NCBI GenBank assembly: GCA_041737385.1
Contig: JBGSRU010000010.1
Location: 1 to 44,760, forward strand
Direction: 5' to 3'
DNA length: 44,760 nucleotides
Source of the DNA: Candidatus Saccharimonadales bacterium
GTDB taxonomy: Bacteria; Patescibacteriota; Saccharimonadia; Saccharimonadales; SZUA-47
Shown: positions 1 through 7,429 of the stretch, in pieces
Layout of the letters: the number at the start of each line of letters is the position of its first letter
How positions within the stretch are numbered: position 1 is the stretch's first letter
Program-made: the position numbers and the translations under genes
Notes under the pieces: model-generated
Seen by the model: the letters and a program-made list of their open reading frames with translations, nothing else
What the model was told of the DNA's origin: nothing
Databases searched by the model: none

Positions 1-70
1 ACCCCAACCCCAACCCCAACCCCAACCCCACCCCCAACCCCAACCCCAACCCCAACCCCAACCCCAACCC
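1..70 (+). repeat. (ACCCCA)n hexamer tandem repeat encoding Thr-Pro
   Basis: About 11.5 copies, with one variant unit (CCCCCA at 31-36). Confidence 0.95.
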
Positions 71-285
71 CTGCTCCTGCTCCTGCTACTGCGCCTTGGG
101 GAGCTCCAACACTGACACCACCACCAGCTCCAGCTCCTGCGCCTTGGGGAGCTCCAACACTGACACCACCACCACCAGCTCCAGCTCCTGCGCCTTGGGG
201 AGCTCCAGAATATGGATCTCAAGGAGCTAGCGCAACTGACAGATTCGGTGATGCTCCTTCGCCACCTCCGCCGACCGAAGGCTAA
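1..285 (+). CDS. 3' end of a Pro/Thr-rich protein (partial, starts before window)
   Basis: Frame +1 is open from base 1 to TAA 283-285: (TP)n-APAPATAPWGAPTLTPPPAPAPAPWGAPTLTPPPPAPAPAPWGAPEYGSQGASATDRFGDAPSPPPPTEG*. Not in the ORF track (no start codon in window). Confidence 0.8.
   Translation, partial: TPTPTPTPTPPPTPTPTPTPTPTPAPAPATAPWGAPTLTPPPAPAPAPWGAPTLTPPPPAPAPAPWGAPEYGSQGASATDRFGDAPSPPPPTEG
91..207 (+). repeat. Three coding direct repeats with core GCGCCTTGGGGAGCTCCA (APWGAP)
   Basis: Core starts at 91, 139 and 190; periods 48 and 51 nt are multiples of 3. Confidence 0.9.
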
Positions 286-332
286 ACATGATTTGATTAA
301 TAACCAGAAGTATGTTTAGCCATAAATTGTAC

Positions 333-361
333 TTTACATTTTAGCAATATTATGCTAATGT
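333..361 (+). promoter_or_regulatory. Putative sigma70 promoter, probably leaderless, for ORF 368
   Basis: TTTACA (333-338), 17 bp, TGc-TAATGT (353-361), then 6 nt to ATG 368; no SD. Confidence 0.55.
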
Positions 362-367
362 TAATCC

Positions 368-2917
368 ATGGTTCAAACGCTTCCTCCACCACCATCTCCA
401 GACTTATTGCCACCGCCAAGTGCAGGTGATCAAGTTCTTGCCGGATCTACCCAGCTCAACTTAGGAAAAGTGGGACTTGAAGCGGTCCGGGTTTTATATC
501 TAAATAATCCTGAAGATGGAGTTGTTACAGAAGCAAGTTGGCTTGGTCATTGGGTAGAGGCCAATCTCGGAAAAGACGAAAAACTCCAAGACAGATCAAA
601 TGACCCAACAATTTTCGCGAATGCTGAATATAGGGGCAACCACTTAAGAATAGAGCCGACCGAAGATCAAGAAGCATGGATTAAAGCCATGAACAGGAAA
701 GACATGGTTCTCAGCGAGACAGCAATACGCAGACTATGGCATTCAATAAAAGCCCGATCAAAAGCAAAAACAGCTATGTTGAAGTTTTTGGGAGAAATTC
801 CGAAACGACCGCACGGAATGGCTGTCGAAAAGGCGAATACTCTAGAACCAAAACATAAAAACCCAGAAACAGGCTCATCACCTGAAAGAGGGCCAAGTAT
901 ATATGATTTTGCTATTGATATTGATAAGATTGAGAGTTCTTTTGAGAATAGATATGCATTAGACGACAGTAACGGAAGAGCTCCTAATGACCCTAATTGG
1001 AAACCAACTTTCGAAACAACCAAGGATATTAATGGGCGAAAGGTGGGCGAAGACGGTTATATCGAAACGTTCAAAAATCGTATTAGCGTCGAGGAGGTAC
1101 GAGACTATCTAACTGGCGTTAACCTCTCTGACACAAAGGACCCAGAAATGGAGCAATACCTCCGGAATCCTTTTGAGCGCGAAGCAACAGGCTTAAGCTT
1201 GTGGGACAAGTGGAGCGATAGCATAAAGGCTAGAGCCCACAAATTTTTGACCTCAAAAGTCGACAGCACAAAGCCTTGGAGTATCGAAACAGTAATCGCT
1301 GAAGCAAATAAACATGCGCTCGAGGTAATGCAAAAGACAACTGGCACAGGCCCAGATGGAATCCTACGCCTGCTTATGAAATACAACATGAGTGGTGATA
1401 ATGACGGCAGAATCGTTGATTTTGAGGGTGATGAACTAACTGGTGTCGAGCTGGAGATGCGTAAAAACATTCTCAAATTACTTAGATCTGACTCAGGATC
1501 TTATGTACAGGCTTTGGCAACTTATGAGTTTACCAAAAACCCTCACCAAGATTATTACAAATTCTTTGAGCGCTATATGGATGTCTTATCTGTGGAGTTC
1601 AATTACAGCAAAGAGCAAGTTGAAGGCGCAGTAATCGGTCTTGCATATTCACACAAATCTCTCGGTAATGTCGCGAAAAACTCAATGCTCGTGTATAGAG
1701 AAATGCTCGACAGGAACGGCAATACCATGATGTCACCGAAGCTCAACGACAATGGCGAAAGACAATATCTAGACAAAGAAGGTAACGCCGTCGGGGAAAG
1801 TGAAGTGAAAGACCTAAACACCACTAGTCCGTACCGCCTCATTGAAGTACCCTATACACAGCCAAATGGAGTACAGACTATTGTCACTCGTCGAGTCAAT
1901 ATTGAGACAAAAAACGAGCTCACTATTGGCGCAGACGGTAGGGCATATGCAACGTACACGGATCATGAAGGCAACGCAGTCAGCAAGGACCAGATTATAG
2001 ACTTTGACGGGCGGTCACCATATCACGAAGTTACAAGAAGTAACGGCACAGTCGACAGAGTAGCAATAAGAGCAGGCTCCACAGTACCTGACGAACAGGG
2101 TAATCCACAACGCATGTTCTTAGACGCTCGTGGACAAAAAATAAGAGAAGATAAAATCTTAGGACTGAATACAGCCAATCCTTACCATGAAGTTACTGCT
2201 GGAGGCACGACACTACAGATACCAGTAGACATTAGTGCTGGCGAGCTACCAATAATGATTGCGAGAAAAATACCAAAATTAATCGTTGAACCTGCCACAG
2301 ATAAGTCTAGGTACATGTTCAAGGAACTTAAGTTACGTGAATGGGTTATGGAAGTCGGTTCAAGAATGAGCGCCCAACAGTTTGCTTTTGAGCCAGCACA
2401 AATGGAAGATATACTTGAAAAAGTCATAGAAATATCTATGGTTATGAGACGAAGTTTCTATGAACCAAACATTCAAGAAACAAACGGAAAAAGAATTAGA
2501 CGTACTCGATGGCACGGTACTTCGTTTGATGATCGACGATTTGTTGGGCGCAAAAGTGCTGAATTTGCAGAAATGCAAACAGCTGCCCATTTCTTGTGGA
2601 GCGCGTTCAGCGAGCTACTTACAAACACACCTGGCGGTCCGGACGGCGGTGGTGGTGGTGATGGTGCACAGATAACTCCTGAGCAGTTGAATGCAGCAAG
2701 AAACGCACTGCTATTAAACCAGAAAATGAACGCGGAAAAAGGTGGCTATTTTGATCCTAGAATGTACGGAGCAGGAGGAATATCTAACAAGATCTTAGCG
2801 GATATCGCACACCAGCTACAATTTCTGATGATACAGTTCCCATCAGCCACAGAGACGCCTCACGGTGACTATTACACACTTGAGCAAAGATTTAAAACAA
2901 TTCCTCGTAAAAAATAA
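368..2917 (+). CDS. Hypothetical 849-aa protein with three internal repeats, upstream of the T4SS genes
   Basis: Long ORF, Pro-rich N-terminus, three copies of a [YF]xDxxG..SPY/NPY repeat; no family recognised. Confidence 0.85.
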   Translation: MVQTLPPPPSPDLLPPPSAGDQVLAGSTQLNLGKVGLEAVRVLYLNNPEDGVVTEASWLGHWVEANLGKDEKLQDRSNDPTIFANAEYRGNHLRIEPTEDQEAWIKAMNRKDMVLSETAIRRLWHSIKARSKAKTAMLKFLGEIPKRPHGMAVEKANTLEPKHKNPETGSSPERGPSIYDFAIDIDKIESSFENRYALDDSNGRAPNDPNWKPTFETTKDINGRKVGEDGYIETFKNRISVEEVRDYLTGVNLSDTKDPEMEQYLRNPFEREATGLSLWDKWSDSIKARAHKFLTSKVDSTKPWSIETVIAEANKHALEVMQKTTGTGPDGILRLLMKYNMSGDNDGRIVDFEGDELTGVELEMRKNILKLLRSDSGSYVQALATYEFTKNPHQDYYKFFERYMDVLSVEFNYSKEQVEGAVIGLAYSHKSLGNVAKNSMLVYREMLDRNGNTMMSPKLNDNGERQYLDKEGNAVGESEVKDLNTTSPYRLIEVPYTQPNGVQTIVTRRVNIETKNELTIGADGRAYATYTDHEGNAVSKDQIIDFDGRSPYHEVTRSNGTVDRVAIRAGSTVPDEQGNPQRMFLDARGQKIREDKILGLNTANPYHEVTAGGTTLQIPVDISAGELPIMIARKIPKLIVEPATDKSRYMFKELKLREWVMEVGSRMSAQQFAFEPAQMEDILEKVIEISMVMRRSFYEPNIQETNGKRIRRTRWHGTSFDDRRFVGRKSAEFAEMQTAAHFLWSAFSELLTNTPGGPDGGGGGDGAQITPEQLNAARNALLLNQKMNAEKGGYFDPRMYGAGGISNKILADIAHQLQFLMIQFPSATETPHGDYYTLEQRFKTIPRKK

Positions 2918-3037
2918 CCTACCGTTGGCACAAGTTTCTGTAAGTACCAGACAGGCCGTGTAAACTTCTACAGACATTACCTGCGCGTTGAATTGCTCGT
3001 TACGAAAAAGCTTTTCATCTGTTAAACTATAAGCATT

Positions 3038-4204
3038 ATGGCGGTGTATAAAGTTCCTCAAGATGTTGAAGCTGAAGATAAATTCTTTGGTCCGTTTTCA
3101 TTTAAGCAGTTCATCTTTTTTGGTGGAGTTGCTGTCTGTGGCTATCTCGTATTCTTAACTGCCTCGAATGGCATATGGCCCCTATCAATTGTGTTTGCCG
3201 TGCCGATGATTGCCTTTGGGTTCCTTGCGTTTCCATGGAGCAAGGAACAGCCAACTGAATTATGGCTGGCGGCTCATGTACGATTTCTTTTCATGAAGCG
3301 AAAACGAATCTGGGACCAAGCGGGCATAAAAGATCTCGTCACCATAACCGCTCCCAAGCGCGAGTTTCATGCACTAACAGATGGACTCAGCCAAGACGAG
3401 GTACGCAACAGATTTAATGCGCTGGCGTCTGTTGTCGATAGTAGGGGGTGGGCGGTAAAAAACCTCGTGAACAACGGGCAAGATAGTGACCGATTGGCAA
3501 CTGCAAGTGCTACAGCTTCAACTTTCTACGAAGAAGCCCTGACGCAAGAAAAAGACGTACTAGACGCTGAAACCAACCCGCTTGCTAGACAGTTTGACGA
3601 GCTTATCGACGAATCAGCTAACAAACAAAAGCAACAAGCACTAAACAGAATTCAGGAAGCTCGTGATGCATCGCGCGGGGGTGGCGTAAACTTGCCGGCC
3701 GTATCACCGCAAAGTTCTGCGTCTATAACACAGGCTACTCCAGCAGTAGACTATTCGTTCTTAGACAAGCAAGAACCTACCGAACCAGGACTGGCAAGCT
3801 TTAAACAACAAAGCGTAGTGCAACCAGGGACGCCTGCCGTGCAAAAGACGGCGCCTATAGGCATGGGTGTGCCAGTCGCGGCTATTAATGAAAACGACGA
3901 GCAGGAACTACTCAAAAAAGTTCATCAACAGCAACAGCTCGATGCAGAAATTAAGCAACATAGTCATCTAAAAACTATCCTTCCGGCCGGAGCTCAACAA
4001 CAGGCACAAGTAGCGAGCAATCATACGGCTACAGATGACGATGCAACTAAAGCAATAGAAAATGCTCAAGCTTCTAGTGCAACCCCTGTTAACCCTGCTA
4101 TACTTGAGCTAGCAGGCAATGACGACCTCAACGTAGAGACTTTAGCGCGTCAAGCGAAAAAAGATATGCCAGATGAGGGCGAAGTAATCATATCGCTTCA
4201 TTAG
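3038..4204 (+). CDS. PrgI-family (VirB3-like) T4SS membrane protein with long low-complexity C-terminus
   Basis: N-terminal YKVPQDVEAEDKFFGPFSFKQF followed by two TM helices is the typical PrgI-family pattern; lies upstream of VirB4. Confidence 0.8.
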   Translation: MAVYKVPQDVEAEDKFFGPFSFKQFIFFGGVAVCGYLVFLTASNGIWPLSIVFAVPMIAFGFLAFPWSKEQPTELWLAAHVRFLFMKRKRIWDQAGIKDLVTITAPKREFHALTDGLSQDEVRNRFNALASVVDSRGWAVKNLVNNGQDSDRLATASATASTFYEEALTQEKDVLDAETNPLARQFDELIDESANKQKQQALNRIQEARDASRGGGVNLPAVSPQSSASITQATPAVDYSFLDKQEPTEPGLASFKQQSVVQPGTPAVQKTAPIGMGVPVAAINENDEQELLKKVHQQQQLDAEIKQHSHLKTILPAGAQQQAQVASNHTATDDDATKAIENAQASSATPVNPAILELAGNDDLNVETLARQAKKDMPDEGEVIISLH

Positions 4205-4224
4205 AATATAAGGTGGAAAAGTAA

Positions 4225-5016
4225 GTGAACCCAAACCAACAAGCTCAACAAGGGATACCGCAGCCAGCTGCTGCAGTACCACCGTTAGCGACGCCGACAA
4301 ATCGGACGAGCACACAGAATACGCTAGAGATTGCTGAGATTCGTGATGGCATCGTTATTATGAACGACGGGAGCTATCGAGCAGTTATCAACTGCCAGAG
4401 CATCAACTTTGATCTCATGAGTCCGCAAGAACGAGAAGCGGTTGAGTTTAGTTACCAAGGGTTTTTGAACTCTTTGTACTTTCCGGTGCAGGCGTTTGTG
4501 CGCAGCCAAAAAGTCGACCTGAGGCCATACATCGAACGACTTGATAAAATTCGCTCAGAACACGACAATATGTTGCTAGCGCTGCTAATGGATGATTATC
4601 TCAACTACATTGAAGATTTAGCTCAGCAAACAAACATCATGGACAAAAAGTTCTACATGGTGATTCCGTTTTTCAAGCAGCTCGATGCGCAGAAAGCCGT
4701 TCAAGCAAGTAAAAGTTTCTTTGCGACAGCGTTTGGCAAAAAAGATCAGCACGTGGTGATTAATGAAGTTGACCTAGAGCAGGCGAAAACCGAACTAAAA
4801 AATCGTATTCAAGCCGTCATGTCAGGGTTGCAACAGTGCGGTGTTAGCTCTGTTCCACTCGACACACAAGAGCTTATTGAGCTGTACTATGATGCATACA
4901 ATCCTGACACCGCAACACGCCAACCACTTAAGAATTTTGAAGCGATGAACGAGCCGGTGATCGAAAAGGGTGTCGGTGAAGCTGCACAACCGCAGCTTGA
5001 AAAGGAACTCGGCTAA
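4225..5016 (+). CDS. Conserved T4SS-associated protein (resembles VirB4/TraC N-terminal region)
   Basis: GTG start; motifs EIRDGIVI, SINFDLMS..E, FLNSLYFPVQ, LDTQELIELYY..YNP; located between prgI and virB4. Confidence 0.7.
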   Translation: MNPNQQAQQGIPQPAAAVPPLATPTNRTSTQNTLEIAEIRDGIVIMNDGSYRAVINCQSINFDLMSPQEREAVEFSYQGFLNSLYFPVQAFVRSQKVDLRPYIERLDKIRSEHDNMLLALLMDDYLNYIEDLAQQTNIMDKKFYMVIPFFKQLDAQKAVQASKSFFATAFGKKDQHVVINEVDLEQAKTELKNRIQAVMSGLQQCGVSSVPLDTQELIELYYDAYNPDTATRQPLKNFEAMNEPVIEKGVGEAAQPQLEKELG

Positions 5017-5018
5017 AA

Positions 5019-5429
5019 ATGAAACACGAAGCTCGAAACACGAAGCTCGAAACAAATTCGAATTCAGAAAAAGCTAAACCCCTTTATGATTTAGAGGAGC
5101 GTACTTTAGAGTTTGCAAAGTCCACAAGAAGCCTGAGTAGGGTTTTAGCTCGAGATATCGCTAACAATGAAGACATTAAGCAGTTAGTGAGATCTTCTGG
5201 ATCTGTTGGTGCAAATTATATTGAAGCAAATGATTCATTGAGCAAGAAAGATTTTTTAATGCGGGTTAAAATAGCTAAAAAAGAAGCCAAAGAAAGTATA
5301 TTTTGGCTAAGACTTTTAAAAGTGACTGACGCACAGGAAGCATCCCGAATTTCTCTCATGAAAGAAGCGGCAGAGATAATGAATATTTTAGGCGCTATTC
5401 AAAGAAAATCAGAAGGAGATTCTAAATGA
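5019..5429 (+). CDS. Four-helix-bundle protein (23S rRNA IVS protein / Avd-like family)
   Basis: YDLEERT..F, QLVRSSGSVGANYIEA, SKKDF...KIAKKEAKESIFWLRLL match the family pattern. Confidence 0.9.
   Translation: MKHEARNTKLETNSNSEKAKPLYDLEERTLEFAKSTRSLSRVLARDIANNEDIKQLVRSSGSVGANYIEANDSLSKKDFLMRVKIAKKEAKESIFWLRLLKVTDAQEASRISLMKEAAEIMNILGAIQRKSEGDSK
5021..5062 (+). repeat. Left arm: 7-nt periodic repeat GAAACAC GAAGCTC GAAACAC GAAGCTC GAAACAA
   Basis: Exact 14-mer duplication at 5021-5034 and 5035-5048; encodes the N-terminus MKHEARNTKLETNS. Confidence 0.9.
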
Positions 5430-5515
5430 CTCCTACGTTTCTAATCTCCAGCTTCTCGTTTGTTTCGTATTTCGAGTTTCGTATTTCGAGTTTTGCCTCC
5501 AAAGGAGGCATATAG
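5426..5515 (+). CDS. Putative 29-aa coupling peptide MTPTFLISSFSFVSYFEFRISSFASKGGI
   Basis: SD AAGGAG 5413-5418; ATG overlaps the upstream TGA (ATGA); its TAG 5513-5515 overlaps the virB4 GTG (TAGTG). Confidence 0.5.
   Translation: MTPTFLISSFSFVSYFEFRISSFASKGGI
5459..5494 (+). repeat. Right arm: inverted copy of the left-arm heptamer repeat
   Basis: TTTGTTTCGTATTTCGAGTTTCGTATTTCGAGTTTT; its reverse complement AAAACTC GAAATAC GAAACTC GAAATAC GAAACAAA closely matches the left arm. Confidence 0.9.
5494..5510 (+). promoter_or_regulatory. Perfect hairpin TGCCTCC-AAA-GGAGGCA containing the virB4 Shine-Dalgarno
   Basis: 7-bp stem; AAGGAGG (5502-5508) ends 6 nt before GTG 5515. Confidence 0.7.
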
Positions 5516-7416
5516 TGGGTTTGTTTAAAAAGAAAAACAACGTCGTTGATCCTATTGCTCTTGCACAGATGCAGGCTGCTCGTGAGCAACAAGAAGTACA
5601 AGTTGCCTTCCAAAAAGGTGTCACTGCATTGCGTGATTTTATCGCACCAGCTAGCCTAGAGTTTGAGTCAAGTATGTTCAAAATCGGCACTCGACTAGCG
5701 AGAACCTATTACGTGTATGGTTACCCTCGCCGTCTGTATACCGGTTGGCTCAGTAGTATGGTGAACCTGGACGAAGTCATGGATATGTCGATTTTTATCT
5801 ACCCAGTTGAGAGCCAGGTTGTCCTCGAAAGTCTTCGTAAAAAAGTAGGACAACTTGAAGCCGGACTCCAAATCGATGCCGAAAAGGGTAAAGTTCGCGA
5901 TCCGGGCAAGCAAGCGGCTATTGTTGACGCTGAGGAGCTACGCGACAAACTGCAGGTTGGCGAAGAGCGATTCTTCCGTTTTGGGCTATATTTTACTCTC
6001 TACGCTAACTCTATGGAAGAAATGGAATATGTAACGCACAAAGTTGAAAGTGTACTGGCTCAACAGCTGGTCTACAGTAAGCCAGCCAGCGCCCAGCAGG
6101 AGCAAGGACTCAACTCAACGCTTCCGCAGTTTACTGATCAACTGCAGATTCGTCGCAACATGAACACCGGAGCAATTAGTACCAGTTTCCCGTTCACTAG
6201 TGCAGACCTTAGCCAAGAAAACGGCATTTTGTACGGCATTAATATGCACAACTCTGGGCTGGTTATATTTGATCGGTTCTCTCTAGAAAACGGCAACAGT
6301 GTCGTGTTTGCAAAGTCTGGTGCGGGTAAAAGCTTTACGGTGAAACTAGAAGCGCTCAGAAGTATGATGTTTGGCACTGAAGTATTTATTATTGATCCGG
6401 AAAACGAATACGAAAAGATGTGTGACGCAGTTGGTGGCGCCTATATTCGGCTCAGCCTCAGCAGTAAAACCCGCATAAATCCGTTTGACCTACCGAAGGT
6501 TTCTGAACAAGAAGAGGCCGACAATGCGCTTCGTAGCAACCTTATCACCCTTCACGGATTGCTCCGACTAATGATGGGCGGGGCGCAGGCACAAGCAGCT
6601 GGCAGCACAACGCCGGCGATGAACCCAGTCGAAGAAGCCGACCTCGACGCGGCACTTATCGAAACGTATGCAAGAGCAGGTATCACCAACGATCCACTGA
6701 CGCATAATTCACCGCCGCCAACGATTGCGAGCCTATATGACACATTGCTACACATGGGCGGAACTGGCCCACAACTCGCACAGCGTCTACGAAAATACAC
6801 GACTGGAACTTTTGCTGGTATATTCAGCCAACCAAGCAACGTGGAGATCAATAATCCACTTGTGGTCTTCAACATTCGTGACCTAGAAGACGAGCTTCGA
6901 CCAGTAGCAATGTATATCGTGCTTAATTATATCTGGAATAAAACCAAAGCTGACCAACGCAAGCGAATACTTATCGTCGATGAAGCTTGGCAATTAATGA
7001 AGTACGAAGACAGCGCGAGCTTCTTGTTCAGTCTCGCAAAACGAGCAAGGAAGTATAACTTAGGCATCACCACAATCACACAAGATGTGGAAGACTTCAT
7101 GGGCTCTCGTATGGGACGAGCAATAGTCGCAAACGCGAGTATGCAAATACTACTAAAGCAGTCACCGTCTGCGGTTGACGTGCTCGCGGGAGTCTTTCGG
7201 CTTACCAGCGAGGAGAAGAAGCGGTTAAGCCAGTTCCCAGTTGGACAGGGTTTGTTTTTTGCAGGACAGAACCATGTCCATATTCAGATTGCTGCGAGTC
7301 CAACCGAAACACGTCTAATCACTACCAATCCAAACGATGTACAACAACCAAAACAAGAACAGCAAGTAGACTTAAGTCAAACAGGGTACAATAACACTGT
7401 GGAATTAAACCAATAG
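5515..7416 (+). CDS. virB4: VirB4-like T4SS ATPase
   Basis: Walker A AKSGAGKS, IIDPENEY, INPFD, Walker B ILIVDEAW, KRARKYNLG..ITQDV motifs. Confidence 0.92.
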   Translation: MGLFKKKNNVVDPIALAQMQAAREQQEVQVAFQKGVTALRDFIAPASLEFESSMFKIGTRLARTYYVYGYPRRLYTGWLSSMVNLDEVMDMSIFIYPVESQVVLESLRKKVGQLEAGLQIDAEKGKVRDPGKQAAIVDAEELRDKLQVGEERFFRFGLYFTLYANSMEEMEYVTHKVESVLAQQLVYSKPASAQQEQGLNSTLPQFTDQLQIRRNMNTGAISTSFPFTSADLSQENGILYGINMHNSGLVIFDRFSLENGNSVVFAKSGAGKSFTVKLEALRSMMFGTEVFIIDPENEYEKMCDAVGGAYIRLSLSSKTRINPFDLPKVSEQEEADNALRSNLITLHGLLRLMMGGAQAQAAGSTTPAMNPVEEADLDAALIETYARAGITNDPLTHNSPPPTIASLYDTLLHMGGTGPQLAQRLRKYTTGTFAGIFSQPSNVEINNPLVVFNIRDLEDELRPVAMYIVLNYIWNKTKADQRKRILIVDEAWQLMKYEDSASFLFSLAKRARKYNLGITTITQDVEDFMGSRMGRAIVANASMQILLKQSPSAVDVLAGVFRLTSEEKKRLSQFPVGQGLFFAGQNHVHIQIAASPTETRLITTNPNDVQQPKQEQQVDLSQTGYNNTVELNQ

Positions 7417-7429
7417 GGACTAAAACAGT

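Noticed and set aside
1-70. (CCCCAA)n identical to the ciliate telomere repeat at the window edge
   Set aside because: It reads in frame as (Thr-Pro)n and continues into a Pro-rich bacterial ORF; the window edge is not evidence of a chromosome end.
91-207. CRISPR-like spaced repeats
   Set aside because: The spacers are near-identical, periods are multiples of 3, the region is coding, and no cas genes are present.
2918-3037. Structured ncRNA upstream of prgI
   Set aside because: Only short imperfect stems (TCTGTA/TACAGA, GAAAA-AGC-TTTTC); no recognisable family.
5019-5429. Diversity-generating retroelement (Avd-like gene) or rRNA IVS
   Set aside because: No reverse transcriptase, no TR/VR pair noticed and no rRNA sequence in the window.
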